Source: Verrucomicrobiota bacterium (lineage in GTDB: Bacteria; Verrucomicrobiota; Verrucomicrobiia; Opitutales; Cerasicoccaceae). Taken from it: 64,000 nucleotides of DNA. Under the pieces are notes generated by a model. That model was not told where the DNA came from. It made no database searches and worked only from the letters and a program-made list of their open reading frames with translations. This document shows positions 21,753 to 31,937 of the stretch, one piece after another; within the stretch, counting starts at the first letter, position 1, and every line of letters begins with the position of its first letter. The DNA lies in the NCBI GenBank assembly GCA_039818205.1, contig JBCBUK010000008.1:161377-225376 (forward strand), given 5' to 3'. The position numbers and the translations under genes are program-made.

Positions 21753-22286
21753 ATGAGCCATACTGCATACGCCGCGAATCTGTATTTTTGCAACCATTGG
21801 GTTTTGAATATACCTTGTCGCCCGCTTCGGATGTATTACTACCGGCGTTTCATGGGATTCGCGCTCGGCTCGGGTTCAAACATCCTGATGGAGGTACGGT
21901 TCCGGTGCCGACAGCAGCTTACGATCGGTGAGCGTTCCGTGATCAACGAGCGTGTGCTGATAGACAATCGTGGAGGAGTTTCGATTGGATCAGACGTCTC
22001 TATTTCGATGGATACACAGTTAATCACAGCCGATCATGACCTCCAGGATCCGACCTTCGGTGGACGAGTTGCCGGGATCACGATTCATAACCACGTTTTT
22101 ATTGGTGCGCGGGCAATGATCCTTCCGGGAGTTACGCTCAATGAGGGATCCGCAGTCGCGGCGGGAAGTATCGTCACCAAAGATGTGGAACCGTACGCCA
22201 TCGTTGCAGGAACTCCAGCCAAGAAAATTGGCGAGCGCCCTCGCGACCTGTCATACCAGTTAAGCTATTACCCGCTGTTTGAATAG
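21753..22286 (+). CDS. hexapeptide-repeat O-acetyltransferase
   Basis: Left-handed beta-helix repeats, TADHD, and IGARAMILPGV...AGSIVTKDV...GTPAK. Confidence 0.9.
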   Translation: MSHTAYAANLYFCNHWVLNIPCRPLRMYYYRRFMGFALGSGSNILMEVRFRCRQQLTIGERSVINERVLIDNRGGVSIGSDVSISMDTQLITADHDLQDPTFGGRVAGITIHNHVFIGARAMILPGVTLNEGSAVAAGSIVTKDVEPYAIVAGTPAKKIGERPRDLSYQLSYYPLFE

Positions 22287-22299
22287 CGAGCGACCATTC

Positions 22300-23463
22300 A
22301 TGAATAGCGGTGTCAAATCAGCGGCGTTTTTGCTATCTGACTTAGAACCTGGGGCAAGTGGGGTTGGCGACTATGCAACCATGCTTTGTGAGGCGCTGGA
22401 CAACGAAGGAGTCGCCACCAAACTGATATCGATACGAGATCAGTCACCCGAGTACCTCGAGGAGCCCACCGGAAACAAAGTCCGAATCCCGTCAGCTTGG
22501 AGTGATGCGAAGCGACGACAAAAACTCGAAGAAATCTTTAATGCTTTCAAACCCGATTGGGTCAGCCTGCAATACTCGGCATACGGTGTTTCCACCAATG
22601 GTATGGCGGCCGAAATCAAGCATTGGCTACCGCACCTACCTGCAACAACTCATCGGCATATCATGTTCCATGAGACATGGGTCGGAGCGAGCCCCCAGGC
22701 TCCCCTTAAGCACCGCGTAATTGGTTGGTTTCAACGGCGCTCGCTCCAACAGTTCCTCGCTTGGTTTACTCCTAGCTGCGTCCACTCACACGCAAGTGTC
22801 TATCGCGCCTTGATCGAAAGAAAGCTAGGAATCAATTGCAATTTCCTCCCGCTCTTCTCGAACTTACCCATCAATAAGGAAACTATTTCCGACGACCGAG
22901 ACAGCCTGATCAATCACCGACTCGGACTTGCCTCAGATCGTCGAAGAAGCGAGTGGGTCGTCGGGATATTTGGGTCGATCTTTCCCGAGTGGAACCCCGC
23001 CGAAGTACTTTCTCGTCTTATCAAACTTGGCAAGGAACATGCCCGAGAGATTCACTTGGTCGGTATTGGAAGGCACGGTGCTGGTGCGGTTGAAGCCCTC
23101 AAAGTGATTCAAGAAGATTTTTCTGAATCGATGAAGTTTACCGAGCTTGGTCCCGTTTCTCCGTCTGAAGCCAGTCAACTGATTGCGGGACTCGACTACA
23201 GTATTGCAATGACTCCGCTCGAAGTTTTTGGAAAGAGTAGCAGCGCGCGAACGGTTCGTGAGCACGGAATACCACTGATCGTTCCTCGCGCCGAAACGCC
23301 ACTCTGGAAGCGACTGGGCGTGACGGAGCCGGACGATGCACTCATTATTCCTTTGGATGATAGATTCGAAAAGGGCGTGATCGAAACTCGTAGAGAAATA
23401 CCTCGCTGGACCCGCACAGATGTGGCGCGCAGGCTCATCGGGGACCTAAGCGAGAGCGTTTAA
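22300..23463 (+). CDS. putative GT-B glycosyltransferase
   Basis: GVGDYA, SLQYSAYG, MFHETW, LPLFSN and GKSS..A..HGIP pattern, plus operon context. Confidence 0.7.
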   Translation: MNSGVKSAAFLLSDLEPGASGVGDYATMLCEALDNEGVATKLISIRDQSPEYLEEPTGNKVRIPSAWSDAKRRQKLEEIFNAFKPDWVSLQYSAYGVSTNGMAAEIKHWLPHLPATTHRHIMFHETWVGASPQAPLKHRVIGWFQRRSLQQFLAWFTPSCVHSHASVYRALIERKLGINCNFLPLFSNLPINKETISDDRDSLINHRLGLASDRRRSEWVVGIFGSIFPEWNPAEVLSRLIKLGKEHAREIHLVGIGRHGAGAVEALKVIQEDFSESMKFTELGPVSPSEASQLIAGLDYSIAMTPLEVFGKSSSARTVREHGIPLIVPRAETPLWKRLGVTEPDDALIIPLDDRFEKGVIETRREIPRWTRTDVARRLIGDLSESV

Positions 23464-23465
23464 CT

Positions 23466-24527
23466 ATGGCGGAACCGGTTAAAGTTCTTGTCGTTGGGTC
23501 CTCTCAGGGAGTCCACGGGGGTATCGAAGCGTTCATGGTCGCCGTAGCCGAAGACCTGGCTCAACGCGATGGGTTTGAAGTCGAGCTCTGTTTTAAAATC
23601 GTCACGGGCTTCGATCTTAAGCAAAGCCTTAAGGATTTGGTCCAGCACCTGACGATCCCCGTAGTATTTACTCGAAGAGGACGTTCTGAACTCATGCAAG
23701 CCATGCGGCGGGCTGATGCGATTCATTGCCAAAACGCTCCACCAGATATCGTCTTCCCGGCAAAGCTATTCGGCCGTCCAGTCCTCGCCACGATTCATAA
23801 CTGCCGCTATGACGCTAAAACGCTCAATAGTAGAATTCGCTGGTTCGGTTCACGATTCGTCGCAATCCGCACGTTCAACTCCGCCTACGTTCGCACTTTT
23901 TGGGACAATGGCCCCGAGGGTGATCGATCGCTTGTCGTTCCAGCTGTCTCCAGCATGCCCGTGGGCGAACCGACTTCGGTTAGCAGTCGATCGGGCTTTT
24001 GTTTCGTTTCGCGAATGATCCCACACAAAGGCGGCGATCTCTTGCTCGAGGCTTACCTGGAGAGCGGGCTCAACTCGATTGAGCACCCACTGGTGTTGAT
24101 GGGCGATGGCCCGCTTCGAGAGTCCCTTGAAAAGCGAGCTGCAGAATCCGGATTGCCGGGCATCAAGATAACCGGGCATGTCACCGAACAGGAGAAATAC
24201 GACTACATTAGTCAAAGTCGTTGGCTCGTGGCACCCCCTGACATGCCAGAAGACATGGGATTGACGCCCATCGAAGCCCGCCAGTTTGGCGTACCATCAA
24301 TTATTGCTAATCATGGTGGCCTGCCTGAAGCCGGTGGTCCAGCCGCGATTAAAGTCGAGCCTGGAAATCGGAATGCACTCGCTCAGGCCTTGCGCGAAGC
24401 AAGCCAGATGGACAACGAGGAATATACCGAACGCGCGAATCTCGCTCGAAATAGCCTAGCCGACTACCTTCGACCAATCGGCTTCTATGGCGACCAACTT
24501 GCGGCGCTTGTGAACCAGAAACGCTAG
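23466..24527 (+). CDS. GT4 glycosyltransferase
   Basis: GGIEAF, SRMIPHKG, EDMGLTPIEA and GGLPEA. Confidence 0.88.
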   Translation: MAEPVKVLVVGSSQGVHGGIEAFMVAVAEDLAQRDGFEVELCFKIVTGFDLKQSLKDLVQHLTIPVVFTRRGRSELMQAMRRADAIHCQNAPPDIVFPAKLFGRPVLATIHNCRYDAKTLNSRIRWFGSRFVAIRTFNSAYVRTFWDNGPEGDRSLVVPAVSSMPVGEPTSVSSRSGFCFVSRMIPHKGGDLLLEAYLESGLNSIEHPLVLMGDGPLRESLEKRAAESGLPGIKITGHVTEQEKYDYISQSRWLVAPPDMPEDMGLTPIEARQFGVPSIIANHGGLPEAGGPAAIKVEPGNRNALAQALREASQMDNEEYTERANLARNSLADYLRPIGFYGDQLAALVNQKR

Positions 24528-24541
24528 CCGACGATTACCTC

Positions 24542-25708
24542 GTGAAACCAACGGTCGTTTACAATTCCCCAAACCGGTCGCACCACTATCCGTACGCGAA
24601 ACTGATGGCAGCTAACGGGGTACTAAAGGCCTTTGTCAGCGGCTACCCGCGCAATGGAAACGAAGCACACCCTACTGAACTGGTACCATTCATCAAACGA
24701 GCCGACCATCTTCAGTTCGTTTATTTGGCATCACTTCGCTTGCGCCTACCGCTATCAGTGCAACTAGGCCTTGCTGACAAAAGTAAACGTTGGATCGACC
24801 GATGCTCCTATTCTGCGGCAAAAGATGCCGACATTTTTCTCTGCTATAGCGGCGCAGGGCTCGGTACAATGCGTAAGCTAAAAAAACAGGTTAGCCCAAC
24901 CAAATGCGTCGTAGAAGCCGTCAATACCCACGTGGGTGTGCAGCAGCAGATGCTGATCGAAGAGTACCGAAAAATAGGCTACGCCAAACCCCTTTTCTCG
25001 GCAGTAGAAACAGAACGGCGCCTTGAAGAATATTCCATGGCAGATGCGATTCTGTGTCCATCGCAGTTCGTAAAGGATTCTTTTGTCGCGGAAGGTTTTG
25101 CAGCAGAAAGCATCCACGTGGTTAACTATGGTTTTACTCCGAAAGACTTTGCGGATGTTACCAAGGCTGTCGAAACGGACACGTTTAATCTGCTTTATGT
25201 TGGGCAGATACACGTACGGAAGGGACTACATTATCTGATCAAGGCGTTCGAAGCCATCGATCATCCCCAGAAAAAACTTCGATTAGTCGGACCACTAACG
25301 GAGGAACCCGGGATTGATATTGATTCCCTGCCTGCTGGTGTCGAGCTAGTCGGAGTTCTAAAAGGAAACGACTTAAAACAAGCCTATCGCGATGCGGATG
25401 TGTTTGTTCAGCCATCAATCGAAGAGGGCTTAAGTTTGGTGATTGCAGAGGCGCTTTGCGAAGGTTGTCCCGTCATTGCCACGACCAACACGGGAGCCGA
25501 CGAAATTATTGAAGATGGAAAAGGTGGCTGGATCGTCCCACCACAAGATCCCAGCGCAATTGCCACTCGCCTGCAGCTACTCGCAGATGACTCCGATAGA
25601 TTACGACAAGCACGAGAAGACGCCCGCCTCGCCGCCCAAGCGATTGGCGGTTGGAACCGTACGGAAAGCCAGCTCATGCACGTTCTTAACAAAATTGCGG
25701 GAAACTAG
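24542..25708 (+). CDS. GT4 glycosyltransferase
   Basis: YVGQIHVRKG and PSIEEGLSLVIAEALCEGCPVI. GTG start. Confidence 0.9.
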   Translation: MKPTVVYNSPNRSHHYPYAKLMAANGVLKAFVSGYPRNGNEAHPTELVPFIKRADHLQFVYLASLRLRLPLSVQLGLADKSKRWIDRCSYSAAKDADIFLCYSGAGLGTMRKLKKQVSPTKCVVEAVNTHVGVQQQMLIEEYRKIGYAKPLFSAVETERRLEEYSMADAILCPSQFVKDSFVAEGFAAESIHVVNYGFTPKDFADVTKAVETDTFNLLYVGQIHVRKGLHYLIKAFEAIDHPQKKLRLVGPLTEEPGIDIDSLPAGVELVGVLKGNDLKQAYRDADVFVQPSIEEGLSLVIAEALCEGCPVIATTNTGADEIIEDGKGGWIVPPQDPSAIATRLQLLADDSDRLRQAREDARLAAQAIGGWNRTESQLMHVLNKIAGN

Positions 25709-25720
25709 CACTAACGGCCG

Positions 25721-27118
25721 ATGAATCCAGTTCGCATCCAACAGACCCTGTTGTTAGGCTTAGTGTTTCTATTGATTTTCGAAGGTATCTTCCGAAAGCT
25801 CGCTCCTGGGCCGATCAGCACGCTCCTCCTGTTTGCAAAAGATGGCATCTGCATCGTGCTTGTTCTTACGCTGGCGACTTCTCCGCCACGGGGCCAGGGG
25901 CGTAAGCTGTTTGGCTATTGGTTCGCGTTCATGGCGGTTTTTTCAATACCGTTTATGAAGACGCTGTTTATCAGCCCACCATTGGCGATTTTTGGAGCAA
26001 AGCAGTATATTCTTTTTCCAGTCGTAGCGATCGCGATGACGGCCGCCTTTCCACCTTCCCAGATCGAAGCACTGAAGCGTCATTTCGCCTGGTTTGCCTA
26101 TTCGGTCATTATCACGTTTGCTGTATCGATGCTTCAGCTAGCGCTGCCAGATTCACATTGGCTCAACCGTGGTATCGGTGGCATGGATCTGCGGGCTTTT
26201 GCGGCCGGTGGCGTTCTGCGGGTGTCGTCGACGTTTCCATTCGTAGCCCAGTACTCAATGTATTTAAATGCCCTGATTTTCGGCATTGGCCTGATGCTCG
26301 CAATCGGCTTGCCCAAGCGATTTCCCAAGCTGCTGAAAAAGATTCCAATCTGGGCGGTGCTACTTTGCTACGGCATCTCGCTCTTTGCGACCGGCTCGAG
26401 ACAATCTGTTATCGGTACAGCGATCATGTTTTCTATATCGCTTTTCGTCTTGCTGCTCGGTAATCGAACAAAGGTATTCACTTTGGCGATCCGACTACTT
26501 GTCGTCATGGCAGTTGTCATCGGAGCCGCTCAGTTCATATTGCCAAAGGCCTTTGTGGTCTACGAACTTCGATCGGAGTATTCGGACAACCAGTCTGAAC
26601 TTGCTAGCCGCCTGAGCTATAGTCTGTTCGGTTGGGTTGATGGTCTACCCGGGGCGCCGCCAAATTTCCTCGGCTACGGCATTGGCGTAATGAGTAATGG
26701 ATCCGAAAAAATCAGCGGCTATGCTGCGGAGTGGCGCGATCGCATCTGGGGAGAGACCGAAAGCTCCAATGTCATGTTCGAAGGTGGTTGGTGGCTAATG
26801 GCTACGTTTTTTGGGTTTCGCCTGGCTGTTACGATTTGGGTCGTGAGCCTTGCCCTTAAGATTCGAAGTAGTCCGTATTTTCTTGGTGCCGCCTCCATAA
26901 CTGGATTCGTAATATTTGTAGCGCTTTTCGGCCAACTGAGTATCCAACCACCGCTCTCCTGTTGGTTTTGGATGGCGGTCGGCACCGCAGCAGTTCTCGC
27001 CAATTTGCATCGAGCTGATCTCATTGCGGCTAACGTAGAGAAGGATACCGAAAGTCCGAGCAAGCGCTCTCGACGCCGGCGGGGACGTCCAATAAACCAG
27101 CCAGAGCAATCTACCTAA
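25721..27118 (+). CDS. polytopic membrane protein, Wzy polymerase/O-antigen-ligase-like
   Basis: About 11 TM segments, RVSSTF, TGSR, and GYGIG..SN in a large loop. Embedded in the GT operon. Confidence 0.65.
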   Translation: MNPVRIQQTLLLGLVFLLIFEGIFRKLAPGPISTLLLFAKDGICIVLVLTLATSPPRGQGRKLFGYWFAFMAVFSIPFMKTLFISPPLAIFGAKQYILFPVVAIAMTAAFPPSQIEALKRHFAWFAYSVIITFAVSMLQLALPDSHWLNRGIGGMDLRAFAAGGVLRVSSTFPFVAQYSMYLNALIFGIGLMLAIGLPKRFPKLLKKIPIWAVLLCYGISLFATGSRQSVIGTAIMFSISLFVLLLGNRTKVFTLAIRLLVVMAVVIGAAQFILPKAFVVYELRSEYSDNQSELASRLSYSLFGWVDGLPGAPPNFLGYGIGVMSNGSEKISGYAAEWRDRIWGETESSNVMFEGGWWLMATFFGFRLAVTIWVVSLALKIRSSPYFLGAASITGFVIFVALFGQLSIQPPLSCWFWMAVGTAAVLANLHRADLIAANVEKDTESPSKRSRRRRGRPINQPEQST

Positions 27119-27124
27119 CTAACC

Positions 27125-27817
27125 ATGATTAGCTACGAAGAACAGACGGTCGCCTCTGGAAACCCAATCGCTCGCTTCGCGCACCGAAACCGCCTCAAGC
27201 GCTCGCTCAGGCTCGCGAGCGATCAGCTGCCGCAGGATGGGCATCTACTGGACTATGGCTGTGGTGATGGTCGGTTCGTTAAAAATATTTCGCTGCTAGG
27301 CTTCAATGCGGTCGGCTATGAACCGTTCATGGAAGAGCACCTTGAAGGCGTTCAGGTTGTACGCAGCTACGAAGAAATTGTCGATCTGGGCGTGGCCTTC
27401 GACCTCATCACCGTCTTTGAAACGCTCGAACACTTGGAGGACCAAGAGATTGTTGAACTGCTGGAACGTGCTAAAGGAATCATTAGCCCAAGCGGGAAGA
27501 TTCTTTTTTCTGTTCCTATCGAAATCGGCCCGGCGGTGATCCTTAAAACACTCAATCGAGAGTGGCGTTGCGGCAAACCCGGCTTCAATACGATCACGCC
27601 TTCTCTCCTAAAAGCCGCCTGCTTTGGCATCCCTGAATCTCGAGCCGAAGACGTTAAATCATCCCACCAAGGCTTCGACTTCCGAAAGTCTATTCGGTTT
27701 CTAGAGAACAACGGTTGCACGGTGAACGTAATCGCATACGGGCCGATTCCCGGTGGCTTTTGGTACGGCAATTCCCAGGTTTACTTTACCGCCCAGTTGG
27801 CAAAGAACGATGACTAA
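27125..27817 (+). CDS. class I SAM-dependent methyltransferase
   Basis: LLDYGCGDG and FDLITVFETLEHL. Confidence 0.88.
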   Translation: MISYEEQTVASGNPIARFAHRNRLKRSLRLASDQLPQDGHLLDYGCGDGRFVKNISLLGFNAVGYEPFMEEHLEGVQVVRSYEEIVDLGVAFDLITVFETLEHLEDQEIVELLERAKGIISPSGKILFSVPIEIGPAVILKTLNREWRCGKPGFNTITPSLLKAACFGIPESRAEDVKSSHQGFDFRKSIRFLENNGCTVNVIAYGPIPGGFWYGNSQVYFTAQLAKNDD

Positions 27818-28994
27818 TAAAGCAAAGCCTACAGTCGTAATTGTAGACTCACATCCGGTCCAGTATAAGGCACCAGTCTACCAGGCGCTACAACGGCTGC
27901 GGCCGGATCAGTTCGCGGTCATTTACGGCTTTGATACAACCCAGGGATACAGCGATAAAGAATTTGGAGCCCAGCTCAAATGGGATAGCGACCTCCTCGC
28001 TGGCTACCAAAACTGCTTTATCGAAAGCAGCACCGAAACCAGCCTTGGTGGCTTCAAAGGACTTCCGACCGCAAATGTTGTTGAGCTGCTCGAACAATAC
28101 TCGCCGTTGGACATACTCGTCGGCCAATTTCGATATGAAATGGACCTGAGCGTATTTCGCTGGGCGAAGAAACATGACGTTCGACTTTGGATCCGCCATG
28201 AGACCCAAGATACCGCGTTCGATCGTCCCGCATGGAAAGATTTCCTGCGCGGTTGTTTCTATCGCTACGTTTATGGCAAACTGCATGGCGCTCTTTATAT
28301 TGGAAACCTGAACCGGGAGCACCTCGTCCGATTTGGAATCTCGGAGGCGAATCTGATTCACGCGCCATACTGTGTCCCAGATCCGATTGCCACGTTTGAC
28401 GATGCCGAACGTATCGATCGGCGAGAAAAACGCCGTACCGAACTGGGCGTTCAGGCGGACGCAATTACACTCGCATTTTTCGGAAAGTTAATCCCCAAGA
28501 AGCATCCGGAAATGCTGGCTCTTGCATGCGCGCAGCTACCACCCGAAATACGGTCAAAAATGCATTTGGTCTATGTTGGGACTGGCCCACTGCTTGATAC
28601 CACAAAAGCTCTTTGTAAGGAACTTAAGCTCAACGCGAGCTTTCCTGGTTTTGTCAACCAGTCTGCCCTGGTGAATGACTATTTGGCGGCTGACATCGCG
28701 ATGCTGCCATCCCGCCGTATGGGTGAAACCTGGGGCTTGGTCGTAAACGAAGCGCTGCAAGCGGGGTGCGGAGTCATAACGACTGACGCTGTGGGATCGT
28801 CACGCGAATTTGCTGGATGGGAACGCTTCGAAGCATTCCCAGTCGAGGACGTCCAAGCGGCCGCAAAATGCCTCGAGAAACTCACCAGCTTCACCCGAGA
28901 CTTCAATTGGTGCCGGCCCGCGATCGAGGCTTATTCGATCGAATCAGCGGCCCAGGGATATGCTGAACTCATCGATCGCGCTCAACAAGCATGA
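27810..28994 (+). CDS. GT4 glycosyltransferase
   Basis: SHPVQY, FGKLIPKK, GFVNQS and ETWGLVVNEALQAG. Start placed at ATG 27810. Confidence 0.9.
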   Translation: MTNKAKPTVVIVDSHPVQYKAPVYQALQRLRPDQFAVIYGFDTTQGYSDKEFGAQLKWDSDLLAGYQNCFIESSTETSLGGFKGLPTANVVELLEQYSPLDILVGQFRYEMDLSVFRWAKKHDVRLWIRHETQDTAFDRPAWKDFLRGCFYRYVYGKLHGALYIGNLNREHLVRFGISEANLIHAPYCVPDPIATFDDAERIDRREKRRTELGVQADAITLAFFGKLIPKKHPEMLALACAQLPPEIRSKMHLVYVGTGPLLDTTKALCKELKLNASFPGFVNQSALVNDYLAADIAMLPSRRMGETWGLVVNEALQAGCGVITTDAVGSSREFAGWERFEAFPVEDVQAAAKCLEKLTSFTRDFNWCRPAIEAYSIESAAQGYAELIDRAQQA

Positions 28995-30142
28995 GACTAT
29001 TAAACGTTATCGACTCCTTTGCGCCTGAGACCGGAGGAACCCTCAAGGCCATGCTCGAGTTCAATCAGGAGCTCGTTAAGCAAGGACATGTAATCGAATC
29101 CCTCGCCATGGGGCCAAAGCCAGAAATATTACCATCGGCATGTGGTGAGTTCCACGTCGTTGGTGAACGCAAAAGTGTCTACGGATACGATCCGCTGGTC
29201 TTAGACTGGCTAAAAGAGAATGTGGGCCGATTCGATGCCGTAATCGCCCATGGCGTTTGGCAGTTTCATACATTGGCGACCCGGCTCGCTTGCGCGAAAC
29301 AGGGAACGCCGTATTTTGTTTACGTTCATGGCATGCTGGATCCTTGGTTCAAACATACCTATCCGCTGAAGCACATCAAGAAATGGTTCTACTGGCCATG
29401 GGGAGAATATCTAAACCTGAAAAATGCACGGGCAGTCTTCTATACCGGAGAAGATGAGAAAGCCTTAGCGCGACAATCCTTCTGGCTCTACCATTGTCGG
29501 GAAGAAATCGTGCCACTCGGGATCGAGCCACCCATAAAACCTAAGCCAGCGATAATCGAACAGTTCCGGTCGGCGACTCCCGGTCTCGACGACGCACCCT
29601 ATCTATTATTTCTCGGTAGGATTTATCCGAAGAAAGGAGCGGACATACTGATTGAAGCGTACCGGCAACTTCGTAAGGAATCCGTTGAGCTTCCTCACCT
29701 CGTGGTGGCGGGCCCGGTTCAAGATGATTCCTTCAAGTCTACCTTGCTTGGCTTAGCAGAAGACGATCCGCATATCCATTTCCATGAGATGGTGCAAGGT
29801 GACCAGAAATGGGGAGCGATTGCTGGCGCAGGCGCACTCATTTTGCCGTCGCACCAAGAAAACTTTGGTATTGTGGTGGCTGAAGCTCTTGGTCTCGGTG
29901 TACCCGCCTTAATCTCAGACAAGGTAAACATTTGGCGAGAAGTCGTCGACGATCAGGCTGGCTTGGCCGAAGTCGACACCGTAGCCGGAGTTCGCGACTT
30001 GCTGACCAAATGGTGTGCCCTAACCGATGATCAACGTTTCGCTATGAGCGCTTCGGCTCAATTAGCATTCAATAAACGCTACGACATCACTCAAGCAACC
30101 GATCACCTAATCTCCGTTCTCGATCGATGCCTCAGCAACTAG
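28991..30142 (+). CDS. GT4 glycosyltransferase
   Basis: HGMLDPW, LGRIYPKKG and LPSHQENFGIVVAEALG. Confidence 0.92.
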   Translation: MRLLNVIDSFAPETGGTLKAMLEFNQELVKQGHVIESLAMGPKPEILPSACGEFHVVGERKSVYGYDPLVLDWLKENVGRFDAVIAHGVWQFHTLATRLACAKQGTPYFVYVHGMLDPWFKHTYPLKHIKKWFYWPWGEYLNLKNARAVFYTGEDEKALARQSFWLYHCREEIVPLGIEPPIKPKPAIIEQFRSATPGLDDAPYLLFLGRIYPKKGADILIEAYRQLRKESVELPHLVVAGPVQDDSFKSTLLGLAEDDPHIHFHEMVQGDQKWGAIAGAGALILPSHQENFGIVVAEALGLGVPALISDKVNIWREVVDDQAGLAEVDTVAGVRDLLTKWCALTDDQRFAMSASAQLAFNKRYDITQATDHLISVLDRCLSN

Positions 30143-31299
30143 AGCGCGTCGTTTTGATCGGAAACTATGCTCCCGATAAACAGTGGAGCATGCTAAACTT
30201 TGCCGAACAACTGCGCTCCGGGCTAAAGGCAAACAAGATCGAGGTCGATCTCTGGCAACCTCAGCCGGTATTCAATCGCCTTGATTCAAGCCTGCCGGGT
30301 GCAATCTCTAAATGGCTCGGCTATATCGACAAGTTGATCCTATTCCCACGTCGACTCAAACGAGCGGCGAGGACACTTCCCGACAACACTGTTTTTCACA
30401 TCTGTGATCATTCAAATGGATTCTACGTCCCGGTGATAAAGAATCGGCCACACCTGATAACCTGCCACGACCTGATGGCTATATTGTCGGCGCGCGGCGA
30501 AGTCCCACAGCACCAAACAGGATTTACTGGCAAAAAGCTTCAGGGATACATTTTTGCTGGGCTGACTCAGGCCGAACGGATCGTCTGCGATTCTCACAGT
30601 AGTCGAGCAGATCTCATCCGGCTAATACCAACCGTTGAGAGCGGTTCGAAAGTCATTTGGTTACCACCTCCTGTTCTGCCGGATCGGCTTTCGAATTCCG
30701 AAGCTCAAGCGATTCTTTCTGCGAGAAATTTCCCAGCTGACAAGCCATTCATTCTTCATGTCGGCAGTGGAGCCTGGTACAAAAATCGCATCGCCATCTT
30801 GCAGGCATGGCAAAAATTTCGAGAGACAAACGATTTACCTAATCTAGTCTTCGCGGGCGGTGACGTAACTCCAGAAGAACACACGTTTGTTCAAAATCAC
30901 GAACTTGAGTCACAGTTTTTTAGTCTGACCAAGCTGGAGACCAAAGAACTCACAGCGCTGTATTCGTTAGCCTCGGTATTTTGTTTCCCTTCCCACTACG
31001 AGGGATTCGGCCTACCGCCGCTCGAGGCCCAATCGGCGGGTTGCCCGGTTGTGGCAAGCCATGGCGGTAGCTTAGCTGAAGTTCTCGAAGCCAGTATAGT
31101 CCAAGTGGATCCCCTGAGCAGCGATTCCATCTTCGTGGCGCTGAAGCAGCTCATTGATAGCCCAGAGGAACGAGCCAAGCTCATTGAAACAGGACATCGC
31201 AACGCCGACCGCTTTCGCACCTATCCGCTCATCGATCTCTACATCAATGAGTATCGAGAGGCGTTGACGGAGCACCAAAAATCCACTGCGCTTAACTGA
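30127..31299 (+). CDS. GT4 glycosyltransferase (mannosyltransferase-like)
   Basis: TCHDL, YKN and FPSHYEGFGLPPLEAQSAGCPVV. Confidence 0.92.
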   Translation: MPQQLERVVLIGNYAPDKQWSMLNFAEQLRSGLKANKIEVDLWQPQPVFNRLDSSLPGAISKWLGYIDKLILFPRRLKRAARTLPDNTVFHICDHSNGFYVPVIKNRPHLITCHDLMAILSARGEVPQHQTGFTGKKLQGYIFAGLTQAERIVCDSHSSRADLIRLIPTVESGSKVIWLPPPVLPDRLSNSEAQAILSARNFPADKPFILHVGSGAWYKNRIAILQAWQKFRETNDLPNLVFAGGDVTPEEHTFVQNHELESQFFSLTKLETKELTALYSLASVFCFPSHYEGFGLPPLEAQSAGCPVVASHGGSLAEVLEASIVQVDPLSSDSIFVALKQLIDSPEERAKLIETGHRNADRFRTYPLIDLYINEYREALTEHQKSTALN

Positions 31300-31304
31300 A
31301 GCAC

Positions 31305-31892
31305 ATGCGAGACGCTAGCGATCAATCGAAAATAAATCCCAGCTTCAGTTTCGGGAACCGTATGGCGCGCGTGATTTGGGGAATCGTGCAGGCGACTCTA
31401 TTCAATTGGTCGCCACGCCCCCTTTTTGCCTGGCGGGGATTCTTACTCAAATGCTTTGGTGCGCAAATTGGCTCGGGAGCTCGAGTTCATCGCAACGTTG
31501 ATATCTGGGCGCCATGGAATCTAGAGATGGGTGCGGGATCTGTCATCGGTCCACGAACCATCGTCTATTCTCAAGGCGTTATTTCCATTGGTAAGCGGGC
31601 GACCGTATCGCAGGGTAGCCATCTTTGTGCAGGAACTCATGACCACAACGACCCAACCTTTCCACTCATCACCAAGCCGATCAGAATCGGAGACGATGCC
31701 TGGGTCGCCGCCGAGGTCTTTGTCCACCCCGGCGTGGATATTGCCGAAGGCTGCGTGATCGGCGCCCGGTCAGTGGTTACAAAGAGCACGAGCCCGTGGA
31801 AGGTATACAGTGGATTCCCCGCTAAGTTCGTTTCCGAGCGAGCTCGCGGACCCGCCTCATCAGAGAAAAAAACAAGCGCGGAAGAATCCTAA
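31305..31892 (+). CDS. WcaF-like polysaccharide O-acetyltransferase
   Basis: WRGFLLKCFGAQIG, IWAPWNL, SQGSHLCAGTHD and hexapeptide repeats. Confidence 0.9.
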   Translation: MRDASDQSKINPSFSFGNRMARVIWGIVQATLFNWSPRPLFAWRGFLLKCFGAQIGSGARVHRNVDIWAPWNLEMGAGSVIGPRTIVYSQGVISIGKRATVSQGSHLCAGTHDHNDPTFPLITKPIRIGDDAWVAAEVFVHPGVDIAEGCVIGARSVVTKSTSPWKVYSGFPAKFVSERARGPASSEKKTSAEES

Positions 31893-31920
31893 TCGATCCT
31901 ACCGCGCCGCGAATTTTTCT
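31865..31920. terminator. possible bidirectional terminator between the glycan operon and cysI
   Basis: GCGCGG/CCGCGC stem (31876-31907) flanked by an A run on the left and a T run on the right. The loop is large. Confidence 0.35.
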
Positions 31921-31937
31921 TTGTTAAACTTGAAGTC

